From: Macrostomum lignano
Lineage: Eukaryota
Assembly: GCA_002269645.1 (NCBI GenBank)
Contig: NIVC01003213.1
Location: 46,893-110,892, forward strand
Reading direction: 5' to 3'
Length of the DNA: 64,000 bases
Shown: piece by piece, positions 40,948 through 55,900 of the stretch
Layout of the letters: each line of letters opens with the position of its first letter
How positions within the stretch are numbered: the stretch's first letter is position 1
Translations under genes and position numbers: made by a program
Notes under the pieces: model-generated
Seen by the model: only the letters and a program-made list of their open reading frames with translations
Database searches by the model: none
Told to the model about the DNA's origin: nothing

Positions 40948-43900
40948 ATCGCCTCCAAACCTCAATAAGAATCGGCCCCCAAACCTCAGTAAGAATCGCC
41001 CCCAAACCTCAGTAAGAATCGCCCCTAATCCTCAGTAAGAATCGCCCCCAAACCTCAGTAAGAATCGCCCCCAAACCTCAGTAAGAATCGCCCCCAAACC
41101 TCAGTAAGAATCGCCCCCAAACCTCAGTAAGAATCGCCTCCAAACCTCAGTAAGAATCGCCCCCAAACCTCAATAAGAATCGGCCCCCAAACCTCAGTAA
41201 GAATCGCCCCCAAACCTCAGTAAGAATCGCCCCAAAACCTCAGTAAGAATCGCCCCTAAACCTCAGTAAGAATCGCCCCTAAACCTCAATAAGAATCGCC
41301 CCCAAACCTCAGTAAAATCGCCCCCAAACCTCAGTAAGAATCGCCCCCAAACCTCAGTAAGAATCGCCCCCAAACCTCAATAAGAATCGGCCCCCAAACC
41401 TCAGTAAGAATCGCCCCCAAACCTCAGTAAGAATCGCCCCAAAACCTCAGTAAGAATCGCCCCAAAACCTCAGTAAGAATCGCCCCCAAACCTCAGTAAG
41501 AATCGCCCCCAAACCTCAATAAGAATCGCCCCCAAACCTCAGTAAGAATCGCCTCCAAACCTCAGTAAGAATCGCCCCCAAACCTCAATAAGAATCGGCC
41601 CCCAAACCTCAGTAAGAATCGCCCCCAAACCTCAGTAAGAATCGCCCCAAAACCTCAGTAAGAATCGCCCCCAAACCTCAGTAAGAATCGCCCCCAAACC
41701 TCAGTAAGAATCGCTCCCAATCCTCAGCAAGAATCGCCCTAATCCTCAGTAAGAATCGCCCCCAAACCTCAGTAAGAATCGCCCCTAAACCTCAGTAAGA
41801 ATCGCCCCCAAACCTCAATAAGAATCGCCCCCAAACCTCAGTAAGAATCGCCCCCAAACCTCAGTAATAATCGCCCCAAAACCTCAGTAAGAATCGCCCC
41901 TAAACCTCAATAAGAATCGCCCCCAAACCTCAGTAAGAATCGCCCCCAAACCTCAGTAAGAATCGCCCCCAAACCTCAGTAAGAATCGCCCCTAAACCTC
42001 AGTAAGAATCGCCCCCAAACCTCAGTAAGAATCGCCCCAAACCTCAGTAAGAATCGCCCCAAAACCTCAGTAAGAATCGCCCCCAAACCTCAGTAAGAAT
42101 CGCCCCAAAACCTCAGTAAGAATCGCCCCAAACCTCAGTAAGAATCGCCCCCAAACCTCAATAAGAATCGCCCCCAAACCTCAGTAAGAATCGCCCCCAA
42201 ACCTCAGTAAGAATCGCCCCAAAACCTCAGTAAGAATCGCCCCCAAACCTCAGTAAGAATCGCCCCCAAACCTCAGTAAGAATCGCCCCAAACCTCAGTA
42301 AGAATCGCCCCAAACCTCAGTAAGAATCGCCCCCAAACCTCAGTAAGAATCGCCCCTAAACCTCAGTAAGAATCGCCCCCAAACCTCAATAAGAATCGCC
42401 CCCAAACCTCAGTAAGAATCGCCCCCAAACCTCAGTAAGAATCGCCCCAAAACCTCAGTAAGAATCGCCCCTAAACCTCAATAAGAATCGCCCCCCCAAA
42501 CCTCAGTAAGAATCGCCCCCAAACCTCAGTAAGAATCGCCCCCAAACCTCAGTAAGAATCGCCCCTAAACCTCAGTAAGAATCGCCCCCAAACCTCAGTA
42601 AGAATCGCCCCTAAACCTCAATAAGAATCGCCCCCAAACCTCAGTAAGAATCGCCCCCAAACCTCAGTAAGAATCGCCCCAAACCTCAGTAAGAATCGCC
42701 CCCAAACCTCAGTAAGAATCGCCCCCAAACCTCAGTAAGAATCGCCCCAAAACCTCAGTAAGAATCGCCCCCAAACCTCAGTAAGAATCGCCCCCAAACC
42801 TCAGTAAGAATCGCCCATAACCTCAGTAAGAATCGCCCCCAAACCTCAGTAAGAATCGCCCCCAAACCTCAGTAAGAATCGCCCATAACCTCAGTAAGAA
42901 TCGCCCCTAACCTCAGTAAGAATCGGCCCCCAAACCTCAGTAAGAATCGCCCAAACCTCAGTAAGAATCGCCCCAAACCTCAGTAAGAATCGCCCCCAAA
43001 CCTCAGTAAGAATCGCCCCCAAACCTCAGTAAGAATCGCCCCCAAACCTCAGTAAGAATCGCCCCCAAACCTCAGTAAGAATCGCCCCCAAACCTCAGTA
43101 AGAATCGCCCCAAACCTCAGTAAGAATCGCCCCCAAACCTCAGTAAGAATCGCCCCCAAACCTCAGTAAGAATCGCCCCAAACCTCAGTAAGAATCGCCC
43201 CCAAACCTCAATAAGAATCGCCCCCAAACCTCAGTAAGAATCGCCCCCAAACCTCAGTAAGAATCGCCCCAAACCTCAGTAAGAATCGCCCCAAACCTCA
43301 GTAAGAATCGCCCCCAAACCTCAGTAAGAATCGCCCATAACCTCAGTAAGAATCGCCCCCAAACCTCAGTAAGAATCGCCCCAAAACCTCAGTAAGAATC
43401 GCCCCCAAACCTCAATAAGAATCGCCCCCAAACCTCAGTAAGAATCGCCCCCAAACCTCAGTAAGAATCGCCCCCAAACCTCAGTAAGAATCGCCCCCAA
43501 ACCTCAGTAAGAATCGCCCCCAAACCTCAGTAAGAATCGCCCCAAACCTCAGTAAGAATCGCCCCCAAACCTCAGTAAGAATCGCCCCCAAACCTCAGTA
43601 AGAATCGCCCCAAACCTCAGTAAGAATCGCCCCAAACCTCAGTAAGAATCGCCCCCAAACCTCAGTAAGAATCGCCCCAAACCTCAGTAAGAATCGCCCC
43701 CAAACCTCAGTAAGAATCGCCCCCAAACCTCAGTAAGAATCGCCCCAAACCTCAGTAAGAATCGCCCCAAACCTCAGTAAGAATCGCCCCCAAACCTCAG
43801 TAAGAATCGCCCCCAAACCTCAGTAAGAATCGCCCCCAAACCTCAGTAAGAATCGCCCCCAAACCTCAGTAAGAATCGCCCCAAACCTCAGTAAGAATCG

Positions 43901-46900
43901 CCCCCAAACCTCAGTAAGAATCGCCCCCAAACCTCAGTAAGAATCGCCCCCAAACCTCAGTAAGAATCGCCCCCAAACCTCAGTAAGAATCGCCCCAAAC
44001 CTCAGTAAGAATCGCCCCCAAACCTCAGTAAGAATCGCCCCCAAACCTCAGTAAGAATCGCCCCAAACCTCAGTAAGAATCGCCCCAAACCTCAGTAAGA
44101 ATCGCCCCAAACCTCAGTAAGAATCGCCCCAAACCTCAGTAAGAATCGCCCCCAAACCTCAGTAAGAATCGCCCCCAAACCTCAGTAAGAATCGCCCCAA
44201 ACCTCAGTAAGAATCGCCCCAAACCTCAGTAAGAATCGCCCCAAACCTCAGTAAGAATCGCCCCCAAACCTCAGTAAGAATCGCCCCAAACCTCAGTAAG
44301 AATCGCCCCCAAACCTCAGTAAGAATCGCCCCCAAACCTCAGTAAGAATCGCCCCAAACCTCAGTAAGAATCGCCCCAAACCTCAGTAAGAATCGCCCCC
44401 AAACCTCAGTAAGAATCGCCCCAAACCTCAGTAAGAATCGCCCCCAAACCTCAGTAAGAATCGCCCCCAAACCTCAGTAAGAATCGCCCCCAAACCTCAG
44501 TAAGAATCGCCCCCAAACCTCAGTAAGAATCGCCCCAAACCTCAGTAAGAATCGCCCCCAAACCTCAGTAAGAATCGCCCCCAAACCTCAGTAAGAATCG
44601 CCCCCAAACCTCAGTAAGAATCGCCCCAAACCTCAGTAAGAATCGCCCCCAAACCTCAGTAAGAATCGCCCCAAACCTCAGTAAGAATCGCCCCCAAACC
44701 TCAGTAAGAATCGCCCCCAAACCTCAGTAAGAATCGCCCCAAACCTCAGTAAGAATCGCCCCAAACCTCAGTAAGAATCGCCCCCAAACCTCAGTAAGAA
44801 TCGCCCCCAAACCTCAGTAAGAATCGCCCCCAAACCTCAGTAAGAATCGCCCCAAACCTCAGTAAGAATCGCCCCCAAACCTCAGTAAGAATCGCCCCCA
44901 AACCTCAGTAAGAATCGCCCCAAACCTCAGTAAGAATCGCCCCAAACCTCAGTAAGAATCGCCCCCAAACCTCAGTAAGAATCGCCCCAAACCTCAGTAA
45001 GAATCGCCCCAAACCTCAGTAAGAATCGCCCCCAAACCTCAGTAAGAATCGCCCCCAAACCTCAGTAAGAATCGCCCCAAACCTCAGTAAGAATCGCCCC
45101 AAACCTCAGTAAGAATCGCCCCCAAACCTCAGTAAGAATCGCCCCAAACCTCAGTAAGAATCGCCCCAAACCTCAGTAAGAATCGCCCCAAACCTCAGTA
45201 AGAATCGCCCCCAAACCTCAGTAAGAATCGCCCCAAACCTCAGTAAGAATCGCCCCCAAACCTCAGTAAGAATCGCCCCAAACCTCAGTAAGAATCGCCC
45301 CAAACCTCAGTAAGAATCGCCCCAAACCTCAGTAAGAATCGCCCCCAAACCTCAGTAAGAATCGCCCCAAACCTCAGTAAGAATCGCCCCAAACCTCAGT
45401 AAGAATCGCCCCCAAACCTCAGTAAGAATCGCCCCAAACCTCAGTAAGAATCGCCCCAAACCTCAGTAAGAATCGCCCCCAAACCTCAGTAAGAATCGCC
45501 CCAAACCTCAGTTAGAATCGCCCCAAACCTCAGTAAGAATCTCCCCCAAACCTCAGTTAGAATCGCCCAAACCTCAGTAAGAATCGCCCCCAAACCTCAG
45601 TAAGAATCGCCCCGAAACCTCAGTAAGAATCTCCCCCAAACCTCAGTAAGAATCGCCCCCAAACCTCAGTAAGAATCGCCCCCAAACCTCAGTAAGAATC
45701 GCCCCAAACCTCAGTAAGAATCGCCCCAAACCTCAGTAAGAATCGCCCCCAAACCTCAGTAAGAATCGCCCCCAAACCTCAGTAAGAATCGCCCCAAACC
45801 TCAGTAAGAATCGCCCCAAACCTCAGTAAGAATCGCCCCAAACCTCAGTAAGAATCGCCCCAAACCTCAGTAAGAATCGCCCCCAAACCTCAGTAAGAAT
45901 CGCCCCCAAACCTCAGTAAGAATCGCCCCAAACCTCAGTAAGAATCGCCCCCAAACCTCAGTAAGAATCGCCCCCAAACCTCAGTAAGAATCGCCCCCAA
46001 ACCTCAGTAAGAATCGCCCCAAACCTCAGTAAGAATCGCCCCAAACCTCAGTAAGAATCGCCCCCAAACCTCAGTAAGAATCGCCCCAAACCTCAGTAAG
46101 AATCGCCCCCAAACCTCAGTAAGAATCGCCCCAAACCTCAGTAAGAATCGCCCCAAACCTCAGTAAGAATCGCCCCAAACCTCAGTAAGAATCGCCCCCA
46201 AACCTCAGTAAGAATCGCCCCAAACCTCAGTAAGAATCGCCCCAAACCTCAGTAAGAATCGCCCCAAACCTCAGTAAGAATCGCCCCAAACCTCAGTAAG
46301 AATCGCCCCAAACCTCAGTAAGAATCGCCCCAAACCTCAGTAAGAATCGCCCCAAACCTCAGTAAGAATCGCCCCCAAACCTCAGTAAGAATCGCCCCAA
46401 ACCTCAGTAAGAATCGCCCCCAAACCTCAGTAAGAATCGCCCCAAACCTCAGTAAGAATCGCCCCAAACCTCAGTAAGAATCGCCCCAAACCTCAGTAAG
46501 AATCGCCCCAAACCTCAGTAAGAATCGCCCCCAAACCTCAGTAAGAATCGCCCCCAAACCTCAGTAAGAATCGCCCCAAACCTCAGTAAGAATCGCCCCA
46601 AACCTCAGTAAGAATCGCCCCAAACCTCAGTAAGAATCGCCCCCAAACCTCAGTAAGAATCGCCCCCAAACCTCAGTAAGAATCGCCCCCAAACCTCAGT
46701 AAGAATCGCCCCCAAACCTCAGTAAGAATCGCCCCAAACCTCAGTAAGAATCGCCCCCAAACCTCAGTAAGAATCGCCCCAAACCTCAGTAAGAATCGCC
46801 CCCAAACCTCAGTAAGAATCGCCCCAAACCTCAGTAAGAATCGCCCCCAAACCTCAGTAAGAATCGCCCCCAAACCTCAGTAAGAATCGCCCCCAAACCT

Positions 46901-49900
46901 CAGTAAGAATCGCCCCAAACCTCAGTAAGAATCGCCCCCAAACCTCAGTAAGAATCGCCCCAAACCTCAGTAAGAATCGCCCCAAACCTCAGTAAGAATC
47001 GCCCCCAAACCTCAGTAAGAATCGCCCCAAACCTCAGTAAGAATCGCCCCAAACCTCAGTAAGAATCGCCCCAAACCTCAGTAAGAATCGCCCCAAACCT
47101 CAGTAAGAATCGCCCCCAAACCTCAGTAAGAATCGCCCCCAAACCTCAGTAAGAATCGCCCCCAAACCTCAGTAAGAATCGCCCCCAAACCTCAGTAAGA
47201 ATCGCCCCCAAACCTCAGTAAGAATCGCCCCCAAACCTCAGTAAGAATCGCCCCCAAACCTCAGTAAGAATCGCCCCAAACCTCAGTAAGAATCGCCCCC
47301 AAACCTCAGTAAGAATCGCCCCCAAACCTCAGTAAGAATCGCCCCAAACCTCAGTAAGAATCGCCCCAAACCTCAGTAAGAATCGCCCCAAACCTCAGTA
47401 AGAATCGCCCCCAAACCTCAGTAAGAATCGCCCCAAACCTCAGTAAGAATCGCCCCCAAACCTCAGTAAGAATCGCCCCCAAACCTCAGTAAGAATCGCC
47501 CCAAACCTCAGTAAGAATCGCCCCCAAACCTCAGTAAGAATCGCCCCAAACCTCAGTAAGAATCGCCCCAAACCTCAGTAAGAATCGCCCCCAAACCTCA
47601 GTAAGAATCGCCCCCAAACCTCAGTAAGAATCGCCCCAAACCTCAGTAAGAATCGCCCCCAAACCTCAGTAAGAATCGCCCCCAAACCTCAGTAAGAATC
47701 GCCCCAAACCTCAGTAAGAATCGCCCCAAACCTCAGTAAGAATCGCCCCCAAACCTCAGTAAGAATCGCCCCCAAACCTCAGTAAGAATCGCCCCCAAAC
47801 CTCAGTAAGAATCGCCCCCAAACCTCAGTAAGAATCGCCCCAAACCTCAGTAAGAATCGCCCCAAACCTCAGTAAGAATCGCCCCAAACCTCAGTAAGAA
47901 TCGCCCCAAACCTCAGTAAGAATCGCCCCAAACCTCAGTAAGAATCGCCCCCAAACCTCAGTAAGAATCGCCCCAAACCTCAGTAAGAATCGCCCCAAAC
48001 CTCAGTAAGAATCGCCCCCAAACCTCAGTAAGAATCGCCCCCAAACCTCAGTAAGAATCGCCCCAAACCTCAGTAAGAATCGCCCCCAAACCTCAGTAAG
48101 AATCGCCCCAAACCTCAGTAAGAATCGCCCCCAAACCTCAGTAAGAATCGCCCCCAAACCTCAGTAAGAATCGCCCCAAACCTCAGTAAGAATCGCCCCC
48201 AAACCTCAGTAAGAATCGCCCCAAACCTCAGTAAGAATCGCCCCAAACCTCAGTAAGAATCGCCCCCAAACCTCAGTAAGAATCGCCCCAAACCTCAGTA
48301 AGAATCGCCCCCAAACCTCAGTAAGAATCGCCCCCAAACCTCAGTAAGAATCGCCCCCAAACCTCAGTAAGAATCGCCCCCAAACCTCAGTAAGAATCGC
48401 CCCAAACCTCAGTAAGAATCGCCCCCAAACCTCAGTAAGAATCGCCCCCAAACCTCAGTAAGAATCGCCCCAAACCTCAGTAAGAATCGCCCCCAAACCT
48501 CAGTAAGAATCGCCCCCAAACCTCAGTAAGAATCGCCCCAAACCTCAGTAAGAATCGCCCCAAACCTCAGTAAGAATCGCCCCAAACCTCAGTAAGAATC
48601 GCCCCAAACCTCAGTAAGAATCGCCCCCAAACCTCAGTAAGAATCGCCCCCAAACCTCAGTAAGAATCGCCCCCAAACCTCAGTAAGAATCGCCCCAAAC
48701 CTCAGTAAGAATCGCCCCAAACCTCAGTAAGAATCGCCCCAAACCTCAGTAAGAATCGCCCCCAAACCTCAGTAAGAATCGCCCCCAAACCTCAGTAAGA
48801 ATCGCCCCAAACCTCAGTAAGAATCGCCCCAAACCTCAGTAAGAATCGCCCCCAAACCTCAGTAAGAATCGCCCCCAAACCTCAGTAAGAATCGCCCCCA
48901 AACCTCAGTAAGAATCGCCCCAAACCTCAGTAAGAATCGCCCCCAAACCTCAGTAAGAATCGCCCCCAAACCTCAGTAAGAATCGCCCCAAACCTCAGTA
49001 AGAATCGCCCCCAAACCTCAGTAAGAATCGCCCCCAAACCTCAGTAAGAATCGCCCCAAACCTCAGTAAGAATCGCCCCCAAACCTCAGTAAGAATCGCC
49101 CCCAAACCTCAGTAAGAATCGCCCCAAACCTCAGTAAGAATCGCCCCCAAACCTCAGTAAGAATCGCCCCCAAACCTCAGTAAGAATCGCCCCAAACCTC
49201 AGTAAGAATCGCCCCAAACCTCAGTAAGAATCGCCCCCAAACCTCAGTAAGAATCGCCCCAAACCTCAGTAAGAATCGCCCCAAACCTCAGTAAGAATCG
49301 CCCCCAAACCTCAGTAAGAATCGCCCCAAACCTCAGTAAGAATCGCCCCAAACCTCAGTAAGAATCGCCCCAAACCTCAGTAAGAATCGCCCCCAAACCT
49401 CAGTAAGAATCGCCCCAAACCTCAGTAAGAATCGCCCCCAAACCTCAGTAAGAATCGCCCCCAAACCTCAGTAAGAATCGCCCCAAACCTCAGTAAGAAT
49501 CGCCCCAAACCTCAGTAAGAATCGCCCCAAACCTCAGTAAGAATCGCCCCAAACCTCAGTAAGAATCGCCCCCAAACCTCAGTAAGAATCGCCCCCAAAC
49601 CTCAGTAAGAATCGCCCCAAACCTCAGTAAGAATCGCCCCAAACCTCAGTAAGAATCGCCCCCAAACCTCAGTAAGAATCGCCCCCAAACCTCAGTAAGA
49701 ATCGCCCCCAAACCTCAGTAAGAATCGCCCCAAACCTCAGTAAGAATCGCCCCCAAACCTCAGTAAGAATCGCCCCAAACCTCAGTAAGAATCGCCCCCA
49801 AACCTCAGTAAGAATCGCCCCAAACCTCAGTAAGAATCGCCCCAAACCTCAGTAAGAATCGCCCCAAACCTCAGTAAGAATCGCCCCAAACCTCAGTAAG

Positions 49901-52900
49901 AATCGCCCCAAACCTCAGTAAGAATCGCCCCCAAACCTCAGTAAGAATCGCCCCCAAACCTCAGTAAGAATCGCCCCAAACCTCAGTAAGAATCGCCCCC
50001 AAACCTCAGTAAGAATCGCCCCCAAACCTCAGTAAGAATCGCCCCAAACCTCAGTAAGAATCGCCCCAAACCTCAGTAAGAATCGCCCCCAAACCTCAGT
50101 AAGAATCGCCCCCAAACCTCAGTAAGAATCGCCCCAAACCTCAGTAAGAATCGCCCCAAACCTCAGTAAGAATCGCCCCCAAACCTCAGTAAGAATCGCC
50201 CCCAAACCTCAGTAAGAATCGCCCCCAAACCTCAGTAAGAATCGCCCCCAAACCTCAGTAAGAATCGCCCCCAAACCTCAGTAAGAATCGCCCCAAACCT
50301 CAGTAAGAATCGCCCCCAAACCTCAGTAAGAATCGCCCCAAACCTCAGTAAGAATCGCCCCCAAACCTCAGTAAGAATCGCCCCAAACCTCAGTAAGAAT
50401 CGCCCCAAACCTCAGTAAGAATCGCCCCAAACCTCAGTAAGAATCGCCCCCAAACCTCAGTAAGAATCGCCCCAAACCTCAGTAAGAATCGCCCCCAAAC
50501 CTCAGTAAGAATCGCCCCCAAACCTCAGTAAGAATCGCCCCCAAACCTCAGTAAGAATCGCCCCAAACCTCAGTAAGAATCGCCCCCAAACCTCAGTAAG
50601 AATCGCCCCCAAACCTCAGTAAGAATCGCCCCAAACCTCAGTAAGAATCGCCCCCAAACCTCAGTAAGAATCGCCCCAAACCTCAGTAAGAATCGCCCCA
50701 AACCTCAGTAAGAATCGCCCCAAACCTCAGTAAGAATCGCCCCCAAACCTCAGTAAGAATCGCCCCCAAACCTCAGTAAGAATCGCCCCCAAACCTCAGT
50801 AAGAATCGCCCCCAAACCTCAGTAAGAATCGCCCCCAAACCTCAGTAAGAATCGCCCCCAAACCTCAGTAAGAATCGCCCCAAACCTCAGTAAGAATCGC
50901 CCCCAAACCTCAGTAAGAATCGCCCCAAACCTCAGTAAGAATCGCCCCCAAACCTCAGTAAGAATCGCCCCAAACCTCAGTAAGAATCGCCCCCAAACCT
51001 CAGTAAGAATCGCCCCCAAACCTCAGTAAGAATCGCCCCCAAACCTCAGTAAGAATCGCCCCCAAACCTCAGTAAGAATCGCCCCAAACCTCAGTAAGAA
51101 TCGCCCCAAACCTCAGTAAGAATCGCCCCAAACCTCAGTAAGAATCGCCCCCAAACCTCAGTAAGAATCGCCCCAAACCTCAGTAAGAATCGCCCCAAAC
51201 CTCAGTAAGAATCGCCCCCAAACCTCAGTAAGAATCGCCCCAAACCTCAGTAAGAATCGCCCCCAAACCTCAGTAAGAATCGCCCCCAAACCTCAGTAAG
51301 AATCGCCCCAAACCTCAGTAAGAATCGCCCCAAACCTCAGTAAGAATCGCCCCAAACCTCAGTAAGAATCGCCCCCAAACCTCAGTAAGAATCGCCCCCA
51401 AACCTCAGTAAGAATCGCCCCCAAACCTCAGTAAGAATCGCCCCAAACCTCAGTAAGAATCGCCCCAAACCTCAGTAAGAATCGCCCCCAAACCTCAGTA
51501 AGAATCGCCCCCAAACCTCAGTAAGAATCGCCCCCAAACCTCAGTAAGAATCGCCCCAAACCTCAGTAAGAATCGCCCCCAAACCTCAGTAAGAATCGCC
51601 CCCAAACCTCAGTAAGAATCGCCCCCAAACCTCAGTAAGAATCGCCCCCAAACCTCAGTAAGAATCGCCCCAAACCTCAGTAAGAATCGCCCCCAAACCT
51701 CAGTAAGAATCGCCCCCAAACCTCAGTAAGAATCGCCCCCAAACCTCAGTAAGAATCGCCCCCAAACCTCAGTAAGAATCGCCCCAAACCTCAGTAAGAA
51801 TCGCCCCCAAACCTCAGTAAGAATCGCCCCCAAACCTCAGTAAGAATCGCCCCCAAACCTCAGTAAGAATCGCCCCAAACCTCAGTAAGAATCGCCCCCA
51901 AACCTCAGTAAGAATCGCCCCCAAACCTCAGTAAGAATCGCCCCCAAACCTCAGTAAGAATCGCCCCAAACCTCAGTAAGAATCGCCCCAAACCTCAGTA
52001 AGAATCGCCCCCAAACCTCAGTAAGAATCGCCCCCAAACCTCAGTAAGAATCGCCCCAAACCTCAGTAAGAATCGCCCCAAACCTCAGTAAGAATCGCCC
52101 CCAAACCTCAGTAAGAATCGCCCCAAACCTCAGTAAGAATCGCCCCCAAACCTCAGTAAGAATCGCCCCAAACCTCAGTAAGAATCGCCCCCAAACCTCA
52201 GTAAGAATCGCCCCCAAACCTCAGTAAGAATCGCCCCAAACCTCAGTAAGAATCGCCCCCAAACCTCAGTAAGAATCGCCCCAAACCTCAGTAAGAATCG
52301 CCCCCAAACCTCAGTAAGAATCGCCCCCAAACCTCAGTAAGAATCGCCCCCAAACCTCAGTAAGAATCGCCCCAAACCTCAGTAAGAATCGCCCCAAACC
52401 TCAGTAAGAATCGCCCCAAACCTCAGTAAGAATCGCCCCAAACCTCAGTAAGAATCGCCCCCAAACCTCAGTAAGAATCGCCCCCAAACCTCAGTAAGAA
52501 TCGCCCCCAAACCTCAGTAAGAATCGCCCCAAACCTCAGTAAGAATCGCCCCAAACCTCAGTAAGAATCGCCCCAAACCTCAGTAAGAATCGCCCCCAAA
52601 CCTCAGTAAGAATCGCCCCCAAACCTCAGTAAGAATCGCCCCAAACCTCAGTAAGAATCGCCCCCAAACCTCAGTAAGAATCGCCCCCAAACCTCAGTAA
52701 GAATCGCCCCAAACCTCAGTAAGAATCGCCCCAAACCTCAGTAAGAATCGCCCCCAAACCTCAGTAAGAATCGCCCCCAAACCTCAGTAAGAATCGCCCC
52801 AAACCTCAGTAAGAATCGCCCCCAAACCTCAGTAAGAATCGCCCCCAAACCTCAGTAAGAATCGCCCCAAACCTCAGTAAGAATCGCCCCAAACCTCAGT

Positions 52901-55900
52901 AAGAATCGCCCCCAAACCTCAGTAAGAATCGCCCCAAACCTCAGTAAGAATCGCCCCCAAACCTCAGTAAGAATCGCCCCAAACCTCAGTAAGAATCGCC
53001 CCCAAACCTCAGTAAGAATCGCCCCAAACCTCAGTAAGAATCGCCCCCAAACCTCAGTAAGAATCGCCCCAAACCTCAGTAAGAATCGCCCCAAACCTCA
53101 GTAAGAATCGCCCCCAAACCTCAGTAAGAATCGCCCCAAACCTCAGTAAGAATCGCCCCAAACCTCAGTAAGAATCGCCCCCAAACCTCAGTAAGAATCG
53201 CCCCCAAACCTCAGTAAGAATCGCCCCCAAACCTCAGTAAGAATCGCCCCCAAACCTCAGTAAGAATCGCCCCCAAACCTCAGTAAGAATCGCCCCAAAC
53301 CTCAGTAAGAATCGCCCCAAACCTCAGTAAGAATCGCCCCCAAACCTCAGTAAGAATCGCCCCAAACCTCAGTAAGAATCGCCCCCAAACCTCAGTAAGA
53401 ATCGCCCCCAAACCTCAGTAAGAATCGCCCCAAACCTCAGTAAGAATCGCCCCAAACCTCAGTAAGAATCGCCCCAAACCTCAGTAAGAATCGCCCCCAA
53501 ACCTCAGTAAGAATCGCCCCAAACCTCAGTAAGAATCGCCCCAAACCTCAGTAAGAATCGCCCCCAAACCTCAGTAAGAATCGCCCCCAAACCTCAGTAA
53601 GAATCGCCCCCAAACCTCAGTAAGAATCGCCCCAAACCTCAGTAAGAATCGCCCCCAAACCTCAGTAAGAATCGCCCCAAACCTCAGTAAGAATCGCCCC
53701 CAAACCTCAGTAAGAATCGCCCCCAAACCTCAGTAAGAATCGCCCCCAAACCTCAGTAAGAATCGCCCCCAAACCTCAGTAAGAATCGCCCCCAAACCTC
53801 AGTAAGAATCGCCCCCAAACCTCAGTAAGAATCGCCCCCAAACCTCAGTAAGAATCGCCCCCAAACCTCAGTAAGAATCGCCCCAAACCTCAGTAAGAAT
53901 CGCCCCAAACCTCAGTAAGAATCGCCCCAAACCTCAGTAAGAATCGCCCCCAAACCTCAGTAAGAATCGCCCCAAACCTCAGTAAGAATCGCCCCAAACC
54001 TCAGTAAGAATCGCCCCCAAACCTCAGTAAGAATCGCCCCCAAACCTCAGTAAGAATCGCCCCCAAACCTCAGTAAGAATCGCCCCCAAACCTCAGTAAG
54101 AATCGCCCCAAACCTCAGTAAGAATCGCCCCCAAACCTCAGTAAGAATCGCCCCCAAACCTCAGTAAGAATCGCCCCCAAACCTCAGTAAGAATCGCCCC
54201 CAAACCTCAGTAAGAATCGCCCCCAAACCTCAGTAAGAATCGCCCCAAACCTCAGTAAGAATCGCCCCCAAACCTCAGTAAGAATCGCCCCCAAACCTCA
54301 GTAAGAATCGCCCCCAAACCTCAGTAAGAATCGCCCCAAACCTCAGTAAGAATCGCCCCCAAACCTCAGTAAGAATCGCCCCAAACCTCAGTAAGAATCG
54401 CCCCCAAACCTCAGTAAGAATCGCCCCAAACCTCAGTAAGAATCGCCCCAAACCTCAGTAAGAATCGCCCCCAAACCTCAGTAAGAATCGCCCCAAACCT
54501 CAGTAAGAATCGCCCCCAAACCTCAGTAAGAATCGCCCCAAACCTCAGTAAGAATCGCCCCCAAACCTCAGTAAGAATCGCCCCAAACCTCAGTAAGAAT
54601 CGCCCCAAACCTCAGTAAGAATCGCCCCCAAACCTCAGTAAGAATCGCCCCAAACCTCAGTAAGAATCGCCCCCAAACCTCAGTAAGAATCGCCCCAAAC
54701 CTCAGTAAGAATCGCCCCCAAACCTCAGTAAGAATCGCCCCAAACCTCAGTAAGAATCGCCCCCAAACCTCAGTAAGAATCGCCCCCAAACCTCAGTAAG
54801 AATCGCCCCAAACCTCAGTAAGAATCGCCCCCAAACCTCAGTAAGAATCGCCCCCAAACCTCAGTAAGAATCGCCCCAAACCTCAGTAAGAATCGCCCCC
54901 AAACCTCAGTAAGAATCGCCCCAAACCTCAGTAAGAATCGCCCCCAAACCTCAGTAAGAATCGCCCCCAAACCTCAGTAAGAATCGCCCCCAAACCTCAG
55001 TAAGAATCGCCCCAAACCTCAGTAAGAATCGCCCCAAACCTCAGTAAGAATCGCCCCCAAACCTCAGTAAGAATCGCCCCAAACCTCAGTAAGAATCGCC
55101 CCCAAACCTCAGTAAGAATCGCCCCCAAACCTCAGTAAGAATCGCCCCAAACCTCAGTAAGAATCGCCCCAAACCTCAGTAAGAATCGCCCCAAACCTCA
55201 GTAAGAATCGCCCCCAAACCTCAGTAAGAATCGCCCCAAACCTCAGTAAGAATCGCCCCAAACCTCAGTAAGAATCGCCCCCAAACCTCAGTAAGAATCG
55301 CCCCAAACCTCAGTAAGAATCGCCCCCAAACCTCAGTAAGAATCGCCCCAAACCTCAGTAAGAATCGCCCCAAACCTCAGTAAGAATCGCCCCCAAACCT
55401 CAGTAAGAATCGCCCCAAACCTCAGTAAGAATCGCCCCCAAACCTCAGTAAGAATCGCCCCAAACCTCAGTAAGAATCGCCCCCAAACCTCAGTAAGAAT
55501 CGCCCCCAAACCTCAGTAAGAATCGCCCCCAAACCTCAGTAAGAATCGCCCCCAAACCTCAGTAAGAATCGCCCCAAACCTCAGTAAGAATCGCCCCAAA
55601 CCTCAGTAAGAATCGCCCCCAAACCTCAGTAAGAATCGCCCCAAACCTCAGTAAGAATCGCCCCCAAACCTCAGTAAGAATCGCCCCAAACCTCAGTAAG
55701 AATCGCCCCAAACCTCAGTAAGAATCGCCCCCAAACCTCAGTAAGAATCGCCCCCAAACCTCAGTAAGAATCGCCCCCAAACCTCAGTAAGAATCGCCCC
55801 AAACCTCAGTAAGAATCGCCCCAAACCTCAGTAAGAATCGCCCCAAACCTCAGTAAGAATCGCCCCCAAACCTCAGTAAGAATCGCCCCAAACCTCAGTA

